Assembly (NCBI GenBank): GCA_031551265.1
Contig: JAVBNU010000026.1
Coordinates: 858-64,857, forward strand
Direction of reading: 5' to 3'
Length of the DNA: 64,000 nucleotides
DNA from: Candidatus Gastranaerophilaceae bacterium
Lineage (GTDB): Bacteria > Cyanobacteriota > Vampirovibrionia > Gastranaerophilales > Gastranaerophilaceae
Part shown: piece after piece, positions 19,886 to 29,486 of the stretch
Layout of the letters: every line of letters starts with the position of its first letter
Numbering within the stretch: the first letter of the stretch is position 1
Program-made: the position numbers and the translations under genes
The notes under the pieces: generated by a model
The model's input: only the letters and a program-made list of their open reading frames with translations
Database searches by the model: none
Told to the model about the DNA's origin: nothing

Positions 19886-20149
19886 TTACATGCCAATTCT
19901 TCCATGAAGAAGCTCGGATTTAGTTATGAATATATCGTCGTCATCATCCACAGGTACATACCCGTCATCTAGGCTTAACGTGTCACTTTCAAGCAGATTG
20001 TATCTTCTTTCTAATTCTTCAAGCTTTTTATTTGTTAACTGTTGACCTTCAAACATTGCTGTTTCTGACGCCCCAGGCTGTTTTCCGATTTCCTTGTTAT
20101 TGCCAAAACTAGCATTTACTCTGTGATTCATAACTGGATTAATTCTCAT
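19886..20149 (-). CDS. hypothetical 87-aa protein inserted between carA and carB
   Basis: ORF from the track: MRINPVMNHRVNASFGNNKEIGK..., with an acidic C-terminal half (VPVDDDDDIF). It is co-directional with the pyr genes. Confidence 0.45.
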   Translation of the reverse strand: MRINPVMNHRVNASFGNNKEIGKQPGASETAMFEGQQLTNKKLEELERRYNLLESDTLSLDDGYVPVDDDDDIFITKSELLHGRIGM

Positions 20150-20165
20150 TTTTCTGTGTCCTTCC

Positions 20166-21284
20166 TTAGACTTTTAGTGTACTCTTCGCAGCACTTGGAA
20201 CTTTTCTGAAAGTTTCAATCTTTGAAATCCAGTATTCAAAAAGTGAACCGGCATCAGACGGCCCGGGAGCCACTTCAGGGTGGAATTGTACCGCAAAAAT
20301 TCTCAATTTTTCTGCATCAAATCCTTCCAGCGTTCCATCGTTTAAGTTTTGATATGTTGCTCTGCTATGCTCTGTCAATGATTGTGCATCAACTGCATAA
20401 CCGTGATTTTGTGATGTTAGCATGACTTTTTTGTTTTGGATATTGACAACAGGGTGATTGCCACCACGATGTCCGTATTTTAATTTATAAGTTTTAGCGC
20501 CTAACGCTAACGCTAAAAGCTGATACCCTAAACAAATACCAAACATTGGTATGCTGCCGATTAGTTCCTTGATAACTTTGATTTGGCTTACACAATCAGC
20601 CGGATCTCCGGGGCCGTTTGATAAGAACAATGCATCAAATTTACCTTTTAAAATAGTATCTGCAGTTACATCTGCAGGGAAAACTGTTATTTCACAATCA
20701 AATTTTTGCAAATTATTTAAAATTCCGGCTTTCATACCGTAGTCAATAATTGCAATTTTAGTAGGATTTATCACACTTTTATCACAGTAGAATGTTTCTG
20801 CTTTTTTACGAGTAGTCATTAAAATCAAGTCTTTGCTGACTTTATAACGGCTTAGTTCATCAATCAGCCTTTCAGAAACGTTTTCTGTTGTAATTACACA
20901 GTTCATCGTACCGTTTTCTCTCAAAATTCTTGTTAAAGCTCTTGTGTCGATACCTGAAATTCCTACTATACCGTGTTGTTTTAAATAATCTTTTAATGTT
21001 TGTGAAGCTAAATAATGTGAATCATTTTCGCAATAGCTTTTTACAATCAAGCCTCTGGCATAAACATTTCCACTCTCAAAATCGTGTGGATTAATGCCTG
21101 TGTTACCGATTTCCGGATAAGTCATTACAATTACTTGTGATGCATATGACGGATCCGTCAAAATTTCCTGATAGCCAACCATTGAGGTGTTGAAGACCAA
21201 TTCGCCGAACATTGTGCTTTCTGCACCTATTGAATTCCCTTCAAAGACCATTCCGTTATCGAGAACTAATCTGGCTTTTTTCAC
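20166..21284 (-). CDS. carA: carbamoyl-phosphate synthase small (glutaminase) subunit
   Basis: Track ORF 20166..21299. I prefer the GTG at 21284, which lies 6 nt after GAGGAGG. It has the GATase triad region GICLGYQLL and a HPE motif. Confidence 0.9.
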   Translation of the reverse strand: MKKARLVLDNGMVFEGNSIGAESTMFGELVFNTSMVGYQEILTDPSYASQVIVMTYPEIGNTGINPHDFESGNVYARGLIVKSYCENDSHYLASQTLKDYLKQHGIVGISGIDTRALTRILRENGTMNCVITTENVSERLIDELSRYKVSKDLILMTTRKKAETFYCDKSVINPTKIAIIDYGMKAGILNNLQKFDCEITVFPADVTADTILKGKFDALFLSNGPGDPADCVSQIKVIKELIGSIPMFGICLGYQLLALALGAKTYKLKYGHRGGNHPVVNIQNKKVMLTSQNHGYAVDAQSLTEHSRATYQNLNDGTLEGFDAEKLRIFAVQFHPEVAPGPSDAGSLFEYWISKIETFRKVPSAAKSTLKV

Positions 21285-21389
21285 GTTACACCTCCTCAAT
21301 TTTTAAAGGCTCGGTCTTCGCCTTAAAATTGTAGTCGCCTACAGAGCCAAGCTCACAAGACTCACTTTGTTCGTCTGTTCGTTTTGTCA

Positions 21390-22151
21390 TTATTTACCTT
21401 CTTTCGTAATTATAGTTTCAATTTCATCATAAATTTTTTGCATAGCAGCAACTCTGTCAGACGCATTCGTAACAGCACGACCAATTACCAAGTAATCTGC
21501 GCCTTCTTCAATCGCTTTTGTTGGTGTTGCTAAACGCTTTTGGTCATCTTTAGATGACCATTCAGGTCTGATACCCGGGCAAAGTACTTTAAACTCTTTA
21601 CCGCAAAGTTCTTTGATTTTTCGTGCTTCCCAGACGCTTGCGACTACGCCTGTAGCGCCACCGCGCTTAGCAAGCTGCGCAAGCGTCAATGCATAATCAC
21701 TCGCATTTTTATCAATCTGTAAATCGTTATTTAAAGTTTCATTACTGATACTTGTCAAAATTGTAACCGCAAGGATAGTCGGCTCTTTCATGCCTAATTC
21801 TTTTGCTGTTGCTTTTGCTGCGTCTGTAGACTGCTTAATCATTTCATAGCCGCCTAATGCGTGAATATTATAGAATGTAGCGCCGCTTCTGATTATGTTT
21901 TCCGACGCTTTCGCTACTGTATTCGGAATATCCATTAATTTAACATCAAAGAAATATTCCGCTTTTTGCTCATTCATAAATTTAATGATTTCAGCGCCAC
22001 AGCCTGTATAAAGCTGTAAGCCGACTTTGAATACTCCTACATAGTCTTTCAATTCAACTATCAGTTGTTCCGCTTCTTCAACGTTATCAACATCAAGCGC
22101 TAAGACTATTTTCTCTTTTATATTTTGATTTATTTTTTCTATAGTTTGCAT
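21390..22151 (-). CDS. pyrF: orotidine-5'-phosphate decarboxylase
   Basis: 253 aa with LALDV, FFDVKLMDIPNTV (the DxKxxDIPNT motif) and LVIGRAV near the C-terminus. Confidence 0.9.
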   Translation of the reverse strand: MQTIEKINQNIKEKIVLALDVDNVEEAEQLIVELKDYVGVFKVGLQLYTGCGAEIIKFMNEQKAEYFFDVKLMDIPNTVAKASENIIRSGATFYNIHALGGYEMIKQSTDAAKATAKELGMKEPTILAVTILTSISNETLNNDLQIDKNASDYALTLAQLAKRGGATGVVASVWEARKIKELCGKEFKVLCPGIRPEWSSKDDQKRLATPTKAIEEGADYLVIGRAVTNASDRVAAMQKIYDEIETIITKEGK

Positions 22152-22168
22152 TTCTTACCTTTTCTATC

Positions 22169-22392
22169 GTCATCCTGAACTTGTTTCAGGATCTGTCTGT
22201 TTTGGAGTTACACCGATTACTTTACTTTCTGGTTTCGGTGAGCTGGCGAGTCCACCCTACAGTTTTGTTTCTGCCCCTCTCCCCGGCGCGGGAGAGGGGT
22301 TGGGGTGAGGGGTACATTTCCTTCTCCTACGTTTTGCTGGGGTAGAAACCCCAACCTACTATTTTTATCTGGTGCGTGAGACGCACCCTACA
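22169..22392 (-). repeat. BIME-like cluster: one GTC-AT hairpin plus REP units D, C, B, A
   Basis: GTC-ATCCTGAA-CTTGT-TTCAGGAT-C lies at 22169-22193. D is at 22237-22261, C at 22274-22315, B at 22338-22360 and A at 22371-22392. Confidence 0.75.
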
Positions 22393-22396
22393 TTTC

Positions 22397-23689
22397 TTAC
22401 ACCGTCACCGACGTTTCATTTTTGGTTATTTTGCCGTTGATTATTGTATATTCAACTTTTCCTAGTAAACTTTTTCCTTCAAAAGGCGATATTTTGCATT
22501 TTGTTTTGAACTCAGAAGCTTTGACTTCCCATTTCCTACTTGGATTAAAAACACATAAATTCGAAATATTGCCTTTTTTTATCGAACCTTGATTATTTAA
22601 TTTCAAAATTTTAGCCGGATTGCTTGATAATAAAGAGATTGCGGTGCTTAACGTAATGTAACCTTTGTTTACAAGATTAGTTATTGTGAGCCCCAAAGCT
22701 GTTTCAAATCCGACGATTCCCATTGGCGATTGTTGGATTGGCGAAGTTTTCTCTTTAATTGTATGCGGTGCATGGTCTGTAGCAATTACGTCAATTGTAC
22801 CGTCAAAAATACCCTCAACTATTGCCTGCACATCTTCACGGCTGCGCAGCGGCGGGTTCATTTTGAAACGCGCGTCACAGTCAACTATATCTTCGTCACA
22901 CAGACTGAAATAATGCGGCGCTGTTTCGCATGTCACTTTCAAACCTTCTTTTTTCGCTTGTCTTATCAATTCTACTGAGCGTTTTGTCGAAATATGCGCA
23001 AAATGCACTTTTACATCCTTAACCGAACGCACAACTTCCAGTTCACGAGTAACCGCAAGACTTTCTGCCAAATTAGGAATACCCTGCAAGCCCAATTTAG
23101 TTGATGTGAATCCTTCGTTTATAACACCGCCTTCGGCAAGCGAGCTATCCTCAGAGTGCAAAATAATCAACGCATCAATTGATGCAGCATATTCAAACGC
23201 CATTTTGAGAAGCTTCATATGTTCAACAGGGCGACCATCATCCGAAAATGCAATTGCGCCATTGTGTTTCAACTCTTCAAAATTGGTAAGCATTTGCCCT
23301 TCCATGCCTTGTGTCATTGCACAAACTTGATGATAGCCTATTCCAGAAACTTCTTTTGCTTGCGCTTTAACGTACTTAAGCACCATAAGATTATCAACAA
23401 CCGGTTTTGTGTTTGCCATAGGACATACAGCCGTGTAGCCTCCTGCAATTGCAGATGTTATACCAGTTTCAATAGTTTCTTTTGACTCAAAACCCGGCTC
23501 ACGCAAATGACAATGCATTTCTACAAATCCCGGGGCAACAACTAAACCACTGACATCAAGAATTTCCTCACCTTTTTGCGGTGCAATTGTCGAGGCAATT
23601 TCAGTAATTACGCCATCTTCAATTCTAATGTCTTTCTTTTCGTTAATGCTATCCGTAGGACTTATTACTATTCCGTTTTTTAGGAGCAT
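22397..23689 (-). CDS. pyrC: dihydroorotase
   Basis: 430 aa amidohydrolase with the HCHLREPG metal motif and DHAPH. It overlaps the pyrB stop. Confidence 0.9.
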   Translation of the reverse strand: MLLKNGIVISPTDSINEKKDIRIEDGVITEIASTIAPQKGEEILDVSGLVVAPGFVEMHCHLREPGFESKETIETGITSAIAGGYTAVCPMANTKPVVDNLMVLKYVKAQAKEVSGIGYHQVCAMTQGMEGQMLTNFEELKHNGAIAFSDDGRPVEHMKLLKMAFEYAASIDALIILHSEDSSLAEGGVINEGFTSTKLGLQGIPNLAESLAVTRELEVVRSVKDVKVHFAHISTKRSVELIRQAKKEGLKVTCETAPHYFSLCDEDIVDCDARFKMNPPLRSREDVQAIVEGIFDGTIDVIATDHAPHTIKEKTSPIQQSPMGIVGFETALGLTITNLVNKGYITLSTAISLLSSNPAKILKLNNQGSIKKGNISNLCVFNPSRKWEVKASEFKTKCKISPFEGKSLLGKVEYTIINGKITKNETSVTV

Positions 23690-24630
23690 AGAGCCTCCTT
23701 GTTGCTTAATAACATATACAAAACCGCCATTCTAATATAAATGCCGTTTTTGACTTGTTCTAAAATTGTTTCGCCATATTCACCATTAACCAGCTCATCT
23801 GTCATTTCAACACCACAATTCACCGGCCCCGGGTGCATCACGATTACATCTTTTTTACAATATTTTTTGACCTTATCGGAAGAAAGTCTGTATGCATTGA
23901 TATATTCACTTATCGGCGGGTATAGATTTGTGTCGTGACGCTCAGCTTGAACTCTCAAGCACATAACAATATCAGCATCTTTAATCGCAGGGATTAGATC
24001 CTGATGATAAGTAATTTGATATTTTTCAACATCAACTGGTTTGAAATACGATGGTGCACAGACATGAACATCAGCGCCAAATTTTGTGAGCAGCTCTATA
24101 TTTGAGCGTGCAACTCTGCTGTGTGAAATATCGCCGATTATCGTAATTTTCTTATCTTTAACAGTTTTGTGATGTTTTAACATTGTATAAAAATCAAGCA
24201 ACGCTTGTGTCGGATGAGCGTGATTACCATCACCGGCGTTCAAAAACGCTATGGGATAATCAATTTGCGTTATCATATTATCCAAAATACCTGATAAATT
24301 GTGTCTCAAAACAACCGCATCAACGCCAAGACAATATAAGTTATCTATTGTCGCTTTCAGACTTTCACCTTTTGTAAGAGAGGACGTAGCTGTATCAAAA
24401 CGCAATATCTGCATTTCAAGTTTTTTTGCTGCCATTTCAAAACTCAATTTGGTGCGTGTTGAGTTTTCAGCAAAAATTAACGCTACGGTCTTTTCCTTCA
24501 TTGAAGGCTTAAACTGCCCTTTTTCTATCAAGTTCGCTAAATCAATAATATTCATAATAAAATTGTCATCCAGTCGTTCAATGTCGACTAAGTGACTATT
24601 AAATTCTGTTTTATTCAACGATTTAAGCAC
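23680..24630 (-). CDS. pyrB: aspartate carbamoyltransferase catalytic subunit
   Basis: 316 aa with STRTKLSFE (the STRTR-type carbamoyl-P motif) and HPGP. Confidence 0.9.
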   Translation of the reverse strand: MLKSLNKTEFNSHLVDIERLDDNFIMNIIDLANLIEKGQFKPSMKEKTVALIFAENSTRTKLSFEMAAKKLEMQILRFDTATSSLTKGESLKATIDNLYCLGVDAVVLRHNLSGILDNMITQIDYPIAFLNAGDGNHAHPTQALLDFYTMLKHHKTVKDKKITIIGDISHSRVARSNIELLTKFGADVHVCAPSYFKPVDVEKYQITYHQDLIPAIKDADIVMCLRVQAERHDTNLYPPISEYINAYRLSSDKVKKYCKKDVIVMHPGPVNCGVEMTDELVNGEYGETILEQVKNGIYIRMAVLYMLLSNKEALCS

Positions 24631-25204
24631 CTACTTTTACCTCTTTTTCGCGGCTTCCCGGTTTCACGAGCGGTATGCCTTTTGCGCATAACGGACAATT
24701 GTCAGGTTCGTACACAACCGGTGTAACCTGTAGTAACGATTTTATATTATAAGATGTTTTGCCTGCCGTGCGGTCAACCAAACAGCCAACTGCAACAACC
24801 TCCGGTTCAAATTCTTTAATAGCTTCTTCTGTTTCTTTGATTGTACGTGCTGTTGTAATCACATCTTCAATGATGACAACACGTTCACCTTTTGACAGCG
24901 TATAGCCGCGTCTAAGTTCCATTACGCCGTCTTTGCGTTCGACGAATAAATTACGCTTTCCGGCTTGTTTAGCAACTTCGTAGCCGATTATAACCGCACC
25001 CACAGCAGGAGCGATAATTGTATCAAACTCTAAGTCTTTTAACGCGTATGCAATCATTCTGCCTAGCTCTTCAGTGATTTTCGGATATTGATATAATTTC
25101 GCACACTGAAAATAAATATCTGAATGTAAACCTGATGTCAGGCAAAAATGTCCGTGCAAAACGCCCTCAGCTTGTTCTAATAATTTTAATGTATCACTGT
25201 TCAT
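24623..25204 (-). CDS. pyrE: orotate phosphoribosyltransferase
   Basis: 193 aa with the PRPP-binding motif VVIIEDVITTARTI. Confidence 0.85.
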   Translation of the reverse strand: MNSDTLKLLEQAEGVLHGHFCLTSGLHSDIYFQCAKLYQYPKITEELGRMIAYALKDLEFDTIIAPAVGAVIIGYEVAKQAGKRNLFVERKDGVMELRRGYTLSKGERVVIIEDVITTARTIKETEEAIKEFEPEVVAVGCLVDRTAGKTSYNIKSLLQVTPVVYEPDNCPLCAKGIPLVKPGSREKEVKVGA

Positions 25205-25229
25205 TGTTCTTCCTTTTTTTAATTGTACT

Positions 25230-25269
25230 CCCTCTCCCCTTTGCGGGAGAGGGTTGGGGTGAGGGGTAC
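25230..25269 (-). repeat. REP family C unit
   Basis: CCCTCTCCC-CTTTGC-GGGAGAGGG followed by TTGGGGTGAGGGGTAC. This is the same unit seen at 22274-22315. Confidence 0.7.
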
Positions 25270-25273
25270 GTTC

Positions 25274-26218
25274 CTACCCGTTCCTCAACATTTCTTTTAG
25301 CTCTTGTATTGATTGAACGCCATTTTCAGCCATAAATTCTTTTAATTCACCCACCAAATTACCGCTAATATCGGGGTGTGTGAAATTAGCTGTTCCGATT
25401 TGCACTGCATCAGCACCTACAGCAAGAAACTCAAACACGTCGCTCAAACTGTAAATACCACCCATACCGACAATTGGTATTTCTAAAACATTTGCCAGTC
25501 TGGAAACAACACCAAGCGCAATCGGCTTAACCGCACGGCCAGAAAGCCCGCCTTGGATTTGCTGGGTTTTGATGAATTGTTTTTTATTTTTGTCAAAATA
25601 AAGTTTTAAGCCCAAAGCCTTGACTGTATTGATTGCAGAAACACAATCAGCACCGGCATTTTGTGCAGCAAGTGCAATTTTTTCAACCGATGTTACATTA
25701 GGCGTGAGTTTAATCATTAAACAACCTTTGTAGACATTGCGAACATTGGTAACCAACTCACCAAGTGTTTTTTCATCAGTGCCAAACTCTAAACAGCCTT
25801 GTTTTACATTCGGACAAGATATGTTTAACTCAATTGCTTTGATATTGTTATTCTGACAAATTTCGGAAACTTGTATATATTCTTCCATACTCGCACCGGC
25901 GACATTCATAATGAAATCAATATTTTTAGCTTTCAAAATCGGTAACTTATTTTCAATAAACGCATCAATACCAACATTTTCAAGACCAATTGAATTTATC
26001 ATACCAGCTTCGACTTCAAATATTCTCTGCCAGGTGTTTCCCGGGCGCGGCGCTAAAGTTATAGCTTTTGTGACTACTGCGCCAAGTTCTGCAGGATTCA
26101 TATAATCTTCAAATTCGTCGCAATAGCCAAATGTTCCTGATGCTGTCAAAATAGGATTTTTCAGGGCTAATCCGTTTAAATTTACACTCATATCAACTGC
26201 GCTAGAGATTATTGCCAT
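25274..26218 (-). CDS. pyrD: dihydroorotate dehydrogenase, class 1B catalytic subunit
   Basis: Track ORF 25274..26257 trimmed to MAIISSAVDMSVNLNG (ATG at 26218). It overlaps the pyrK stop by 10 nt and pairs with pyrK. Confidence 0.9.
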   Translation of the reverse strand: MAIISSAVDMSVNLNGLALKNPILTASGTFGYCDEFEDYMNPAELGAVVTKAITLAPRPGNTWQRIFEVEAGMINSIGLENVGIDAFIENKLPILKAKNIDFIMNVAGASMEEYIQVSEICQNNNIKAIELNISCPNVKQGCLEFGTDEKTLGELVTNVRNVYKGCLMIKLTPNVTSVEKIALAAQNAGADCVSAINTVKALGLKLYFDKNKKQFIKTQQIQGGLSGRAVKPIALGVVSRLANVLEIPIVGMGGIYSLSDVFEFLAVGADAVQIGTANFTHPDISGNLVGELKEFMAENGVQSIQELKEMLRNG

Positions 26219-26976
26219 ACAACCTCCTCGCCTTTGAATACAGGGCCGTCTTTGCATATAGTAGCATTTTTAATGTTGCCATTAACGTCTTTAACCTTTA
26301 TTACACAACCACGGCAAACACCGATTGAACAAGCCATAATTTTTTCCATTGCAAGCTCGGTTTCAATTGCGTATTTCATGCCGGTTTGCGCAATACCTTT
26401 CAAAACTATTTCAGGGCCACAAGAATATATTTTTTGTGGTTTGTATTCTTCAATAATTTGGTCTAAGTGATCGAGGATGGTGCCTTTTTTGCCGACAGAA
26501 CCATCATTTGTAACTAAAACATCACAATCAATATTTGTCGGAATATCAGCCTTGGATGTAAATGCGCCGACACACAGAGCGTCAGGCATATATTTTGATA
26601 AATAAAAAATTGGTGCAAACCCCACGCCTGCACCTATTAATAAAGCTTTTTTATTCTCGATTTTAAAATAGTTGCCCAAAGGTCCGATAAAATCGATATT
26701 GTCACCAACTCTCAATGATGAAATGTATTTTGTGCCTTCGCCTTTGAGTTTGAAGAAAACACTGACCTCTTTTGTTTCAGGGTTGAAATCTGCTACACTA
26801 AACGGTCTGCGCATTGTCAGGTTGTTACATAAAATTGAAATAAATTGTCCTGGCTTGATTTCCTCAATTGAAGGGGCGCTAAAAGAAATTAAAAATAAAT
26901 CTTTTGCTACAGACTCGGATTTTAGAACCGTTCCTATATGCGTTTTTTTATTTTTAGTAATTTGTTCTTTCAACAT
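26209..26976 (-). CDS. pyrK: dihydroorotate dehydrogenase electron-transfer subunit
   Basis: The track ORF starts at the TTG at 26988. I prefer the ATG at 26976, preceded by GAGGA. It has an FNR-like fold and a C-terminal Cys cluster (CSIGVCRGC...C) for the 2Fe-2S centre. Confidence 0.85.
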   Translation of the reverse strand: MLKEQITKNKKTHIGTVLKSESVAKDLFLISFSAPSIEEIKPGQFISILCNNLTMRRPFSVADFNPETKEVSVFFKLKGEGTKYISSLRVGDNIDFIGPLGNYFKIENKKALLIGAGVGFAPIFYLSKYMPDALCVGAFTSKADIPTNIDCDVLVTNDGSVGKKGTILDHLDQIIEEYKPQKIYSCGPEIVLKGIAQTGMKYAIETELAMEKIMACSIGVCRGCVIKVKDVNGNIKNATICKDGPVFKGEEVVWQ

Positions 26977-26990
26977 TTCATTCCTCAAAA

Positions 26991-27022
26991 AAAAAGAAAA
27001 AGTTTTACCGCTTTTTCTTTTT
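26991..27022 (-). promoter_or_regulatory. A/U-only 12-bp hairpin plus U-run in the pyrK leader (candidate attenuator)
   Basis: The minus strand reads AAAAAGAAAAAG-CGGTAAAA-CTTTTTCTTTTT, followed by TTTT and then the GAGGA RBS. Confidence 0.35.
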
Positions 27023-27169
27023 TATATTTTTAATTTTTTAATATTTGTTATTTTCATCTTCTAGCCCTTATCTTAATGTTATTTAAGCATCTACATATTC
27101 TAAATTCAACCCAAATGACCACAATGTTTACAAAAGTCAAAGTTTGGTTGTCCGGGTCCAAATATTGCT

Positions 27170-27289
27170 GTCATCACGCACTTGATGCGCGATCTATCCA
27201 ATGTGGAATTCCTACTATGGCAAGATCCCTGATAGCACTTGAGTCTAACGTTCACAGAGCTCACTAAGGCTCAAGGCTTCCGGGATGAC
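27170..27289. repeat. MITE-like element bounded by inverted GTCATC ends
   Basis: The left end is GTC-ATCACGCA-CTTGA-TGCGCGAT-C. The right end, reverse-complemented, reads GTCATCCCGGAAGCC... Confidence 0.5.
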
Positions 27290-27415
27290 GTTTTTATGTG
27301 TTTGTGAATATTTCTATCTCAGGAAATAATATGCAATAAACAAGTCATTGCAACTAAAAAAGCCGGCTTTTACACCGACTTTTTCGTGGATTATTACTTT
27401 TAGTTATTGTGATTA

Positions 27416-29209
27416 TTAATTGTTGAATAATCCGCCTATCATAGAGAAAATATTTTTTTTAGGTTTATTTGCATTTGCAGCTTTGTATGCATCTATTTGT
27501 GTTTTTAGAGCATCTCTTAAAGGGCTGTCAATCGGTAATCTTGCGCATTCAACTCGTGCGTCTATTAAATCGTTGGTGCCGGTTATAGGCTTACAAGTTC
27601 CTTTATTAGCGTCAAATCCCCAGCGCTCAGCAGCTTTGTCAGCTGTTTTTGCGTCAGATTTTGGAGCATCTTTCTTTTCTGCTTCGGTCTTAGGGTTAGC
27701 TTTTCCCTCGGTTTCTTTTTTGAGTGTTTCTAATGACTTGTCTCCTTTTTTGGCGGCTTCGTATTCGGCGTCCCCTTGTTTGATCTTGTCGATGCTTGGT
27801 TTTGCCTTATCAATTGCTGCGTTTGTTATGCCTTTGCTGCTTTTTTCGTATTCTTCAATTTGTTTTTTGAGTTCAGCTCTTTGAGGTTCGGTAAGGTTTT
27901 TACCTTCTAATTTTGTTTTAGCAGTTGCCAAGTCTGTAGAAGATTTAATAGGATTATTTGTAGTTGCTTGAGTATTCGAATTAGGCTGAGCTTCGTGTGG
28001 TTGTTTACCCTCTGTTTTGTTAGCTACATCGGCACCACCGTTTGCAGTAGTTGTTCCGTCTGCATTGGTTTTCTTAGGTTCGGTTTCTTTAGGTGCGTCT
28101 GTGTTTACTCCGTTCATTTTTAAGAAGGCTTCTCTCATGGCGATTTCTTTGTCGTCTTTACCTTTTTCCAGTTTTGTCCAAGTCATGTCTTTGCCTGCAT
28201 TTTTGCCGTCTTTATAGAAATCCTCGTATTCTTTTTGAGTTGGTTGACGATATAAATCGTTACCGACTTTTGCGAAGTTACCTAATTCTTTGTTCATTGC
28301 CTTAACTTGGTCAGGATCTTTTGTTAAATCAGTTTTAAGACTGTCTAATTTTTTTACAGCGGCTTGTCTAATATCCATGTCTTTGCCATTTTCATCTTTC
28401 ATGGTGGTGCCATCTGAATTTTTTGCCAGTTCATTTATTCTCTCGTAGCGATTGGAGTGTGCTATTTTGCTGCCATCGTTCAATGTTAAATCGGTGTCTT
28501 TGCTTTTATCGGCATCAGTATCTTTACCATCAACGTCACACATTATAGTTTGGTTGCCCTGTTTGCCGCTGATTTCAACGTTGTTGCCGACTGTTCTGCG
28601 ATTTTCGGTACCTTCAGGTACAAAAGTACCTCTGTTGGGCTCTTGTTTCAAGCCCTTTCTTTGCTCCGGAGTGAGTTGTTCGGAACGTACCGGCTGCTGT
28701 GTTTGATTTGTAGCTGTTGTTTGCGCAGGTTGTGTAGTGCCGTTTGGTGCCGGTGTAGCTTGTTGCTGTTGTTGTGTCTGTGTTTGGTTTGACGCAGAAT
28801 TTATAGCCACTTTTGTATCGGGGGCTTGCTGACCACCACTTTGTGCGCCGTTGCCATTTTTCTCTTCATTTTTAGCAGGTTCAGGTGCTTTTACACCATT
28901 AGGTCCTGCTGCCTGTTCGTCTGTACCTGCGGGTGCTGTTGTGCCAAAAGGATTTGTAGTTGTGTTTTCTGTCCTTGCAGATTGTTGGTTAGCAGACGCA
29001 TTAGCTGCTACTCCTTGATTAGTTTCAGGTGTTGGTGGCGTAGTTTTTTCTAACCCTGTACCTAAATTAGCGGGTGCTGGTGCAGGTGTTAAGCCGATGC
29101 TTGTATCTTTTTTTTCAGGTGTTGATGTACCTTTACTTTTGTCCTCTTGTTTGATCGGATCAGGTCTCTTAATTGCTGTTGAGCCGTTTGAAACTGGTGG
29201 TGCTGACAT
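27416..29209 (-). CDS. T/Q/N/K-rich low-complexity protein of unknown function
   Basis: 597 aa with an AAGGAG RBS. It contains LTEPQRAELKKQIEEY and LPIDSPLRDALKTQIDAY motifs. The C-terminus is KNIFSMIGGLFNN. Confidence 0.6.
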   Translation of the reverse strand: MSAPPVSNGSTAIKRPDPIKQEDKSKGTSTPEKKDTSIGLTPAPAPANLGTGLEKTTPPTPETNQGVAANASANQQSARTENTTTNPFGTTAPAGTDEQAAGPNGVKAPEPAKNEEKNGNGAQSGGQQAPDTKVAINSASNQTQTQQQQQATPAPNGTTQPAQTTATNQTQQPVRSEQLTPEQRKGLKQEPNRGTFVPEGTENRRTVGNNVEISGKQGNQTIMCDVDGKDTDADKSKDTDLTLNDGSKIAHSNRYERINELAKNSDGTTMKDENGKDMDIRQAAVKKLDSLKTDLTKDPDQVKAMNKELGNFAKVGNDLYRQPTQKEYEDFYKDGKNAGKDMTWTKLEKGKDDKEIAMREAFLKMNGVNTDAPKETEPKKTNADGTTTANGGADVANKTEGKQPHEAQPNSNTQATTNNPIKSSTDLATAKTKLEGKNLTEPQRAELKKQIEEYEKSSKGITNAAIDKAKPSIDKIKQGDAEYEAAKKGDKSLETLKKETEGKANPKTEAEKKDAPKSDAKTADKAAERWGFDANKGTCKPITGTNDLIDARVECARLPIDSPLRDALKTQIDAYKAANANKPKKNIFSMIGGLFNN

Positions 29210-29486
29210 AATACTTTCTCCTTTATACTTCTCTTATAATTAAATTCCTTCTCTCTGCATGCGAAAACGCATATATTACTCCCGTATATAAATAAAGTTA
29301 TTTTTATAAAAAAAAATTGCCCTGTGAAAAACAGTTTGTTTTCCAACATGGGCATGTATTTCAGATACTATCTGAAATTTCAAAAATTAAATTTATCGTT
29401 ACAATTCTTCACGAAAGCACGAATTTGTAATAAATCTTAATAAAAGGATTGAAAATTATCCCTACAGTAGAGATATAAGTATTTTG

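Noticed and set aside
27076-27267. 63-aa ORF upstream of pyrK.
   Set aside because: It lies largely over the MITE-like element 27170-27289 and the pyr leader region on the opposite strand from the operon, with no RBS.
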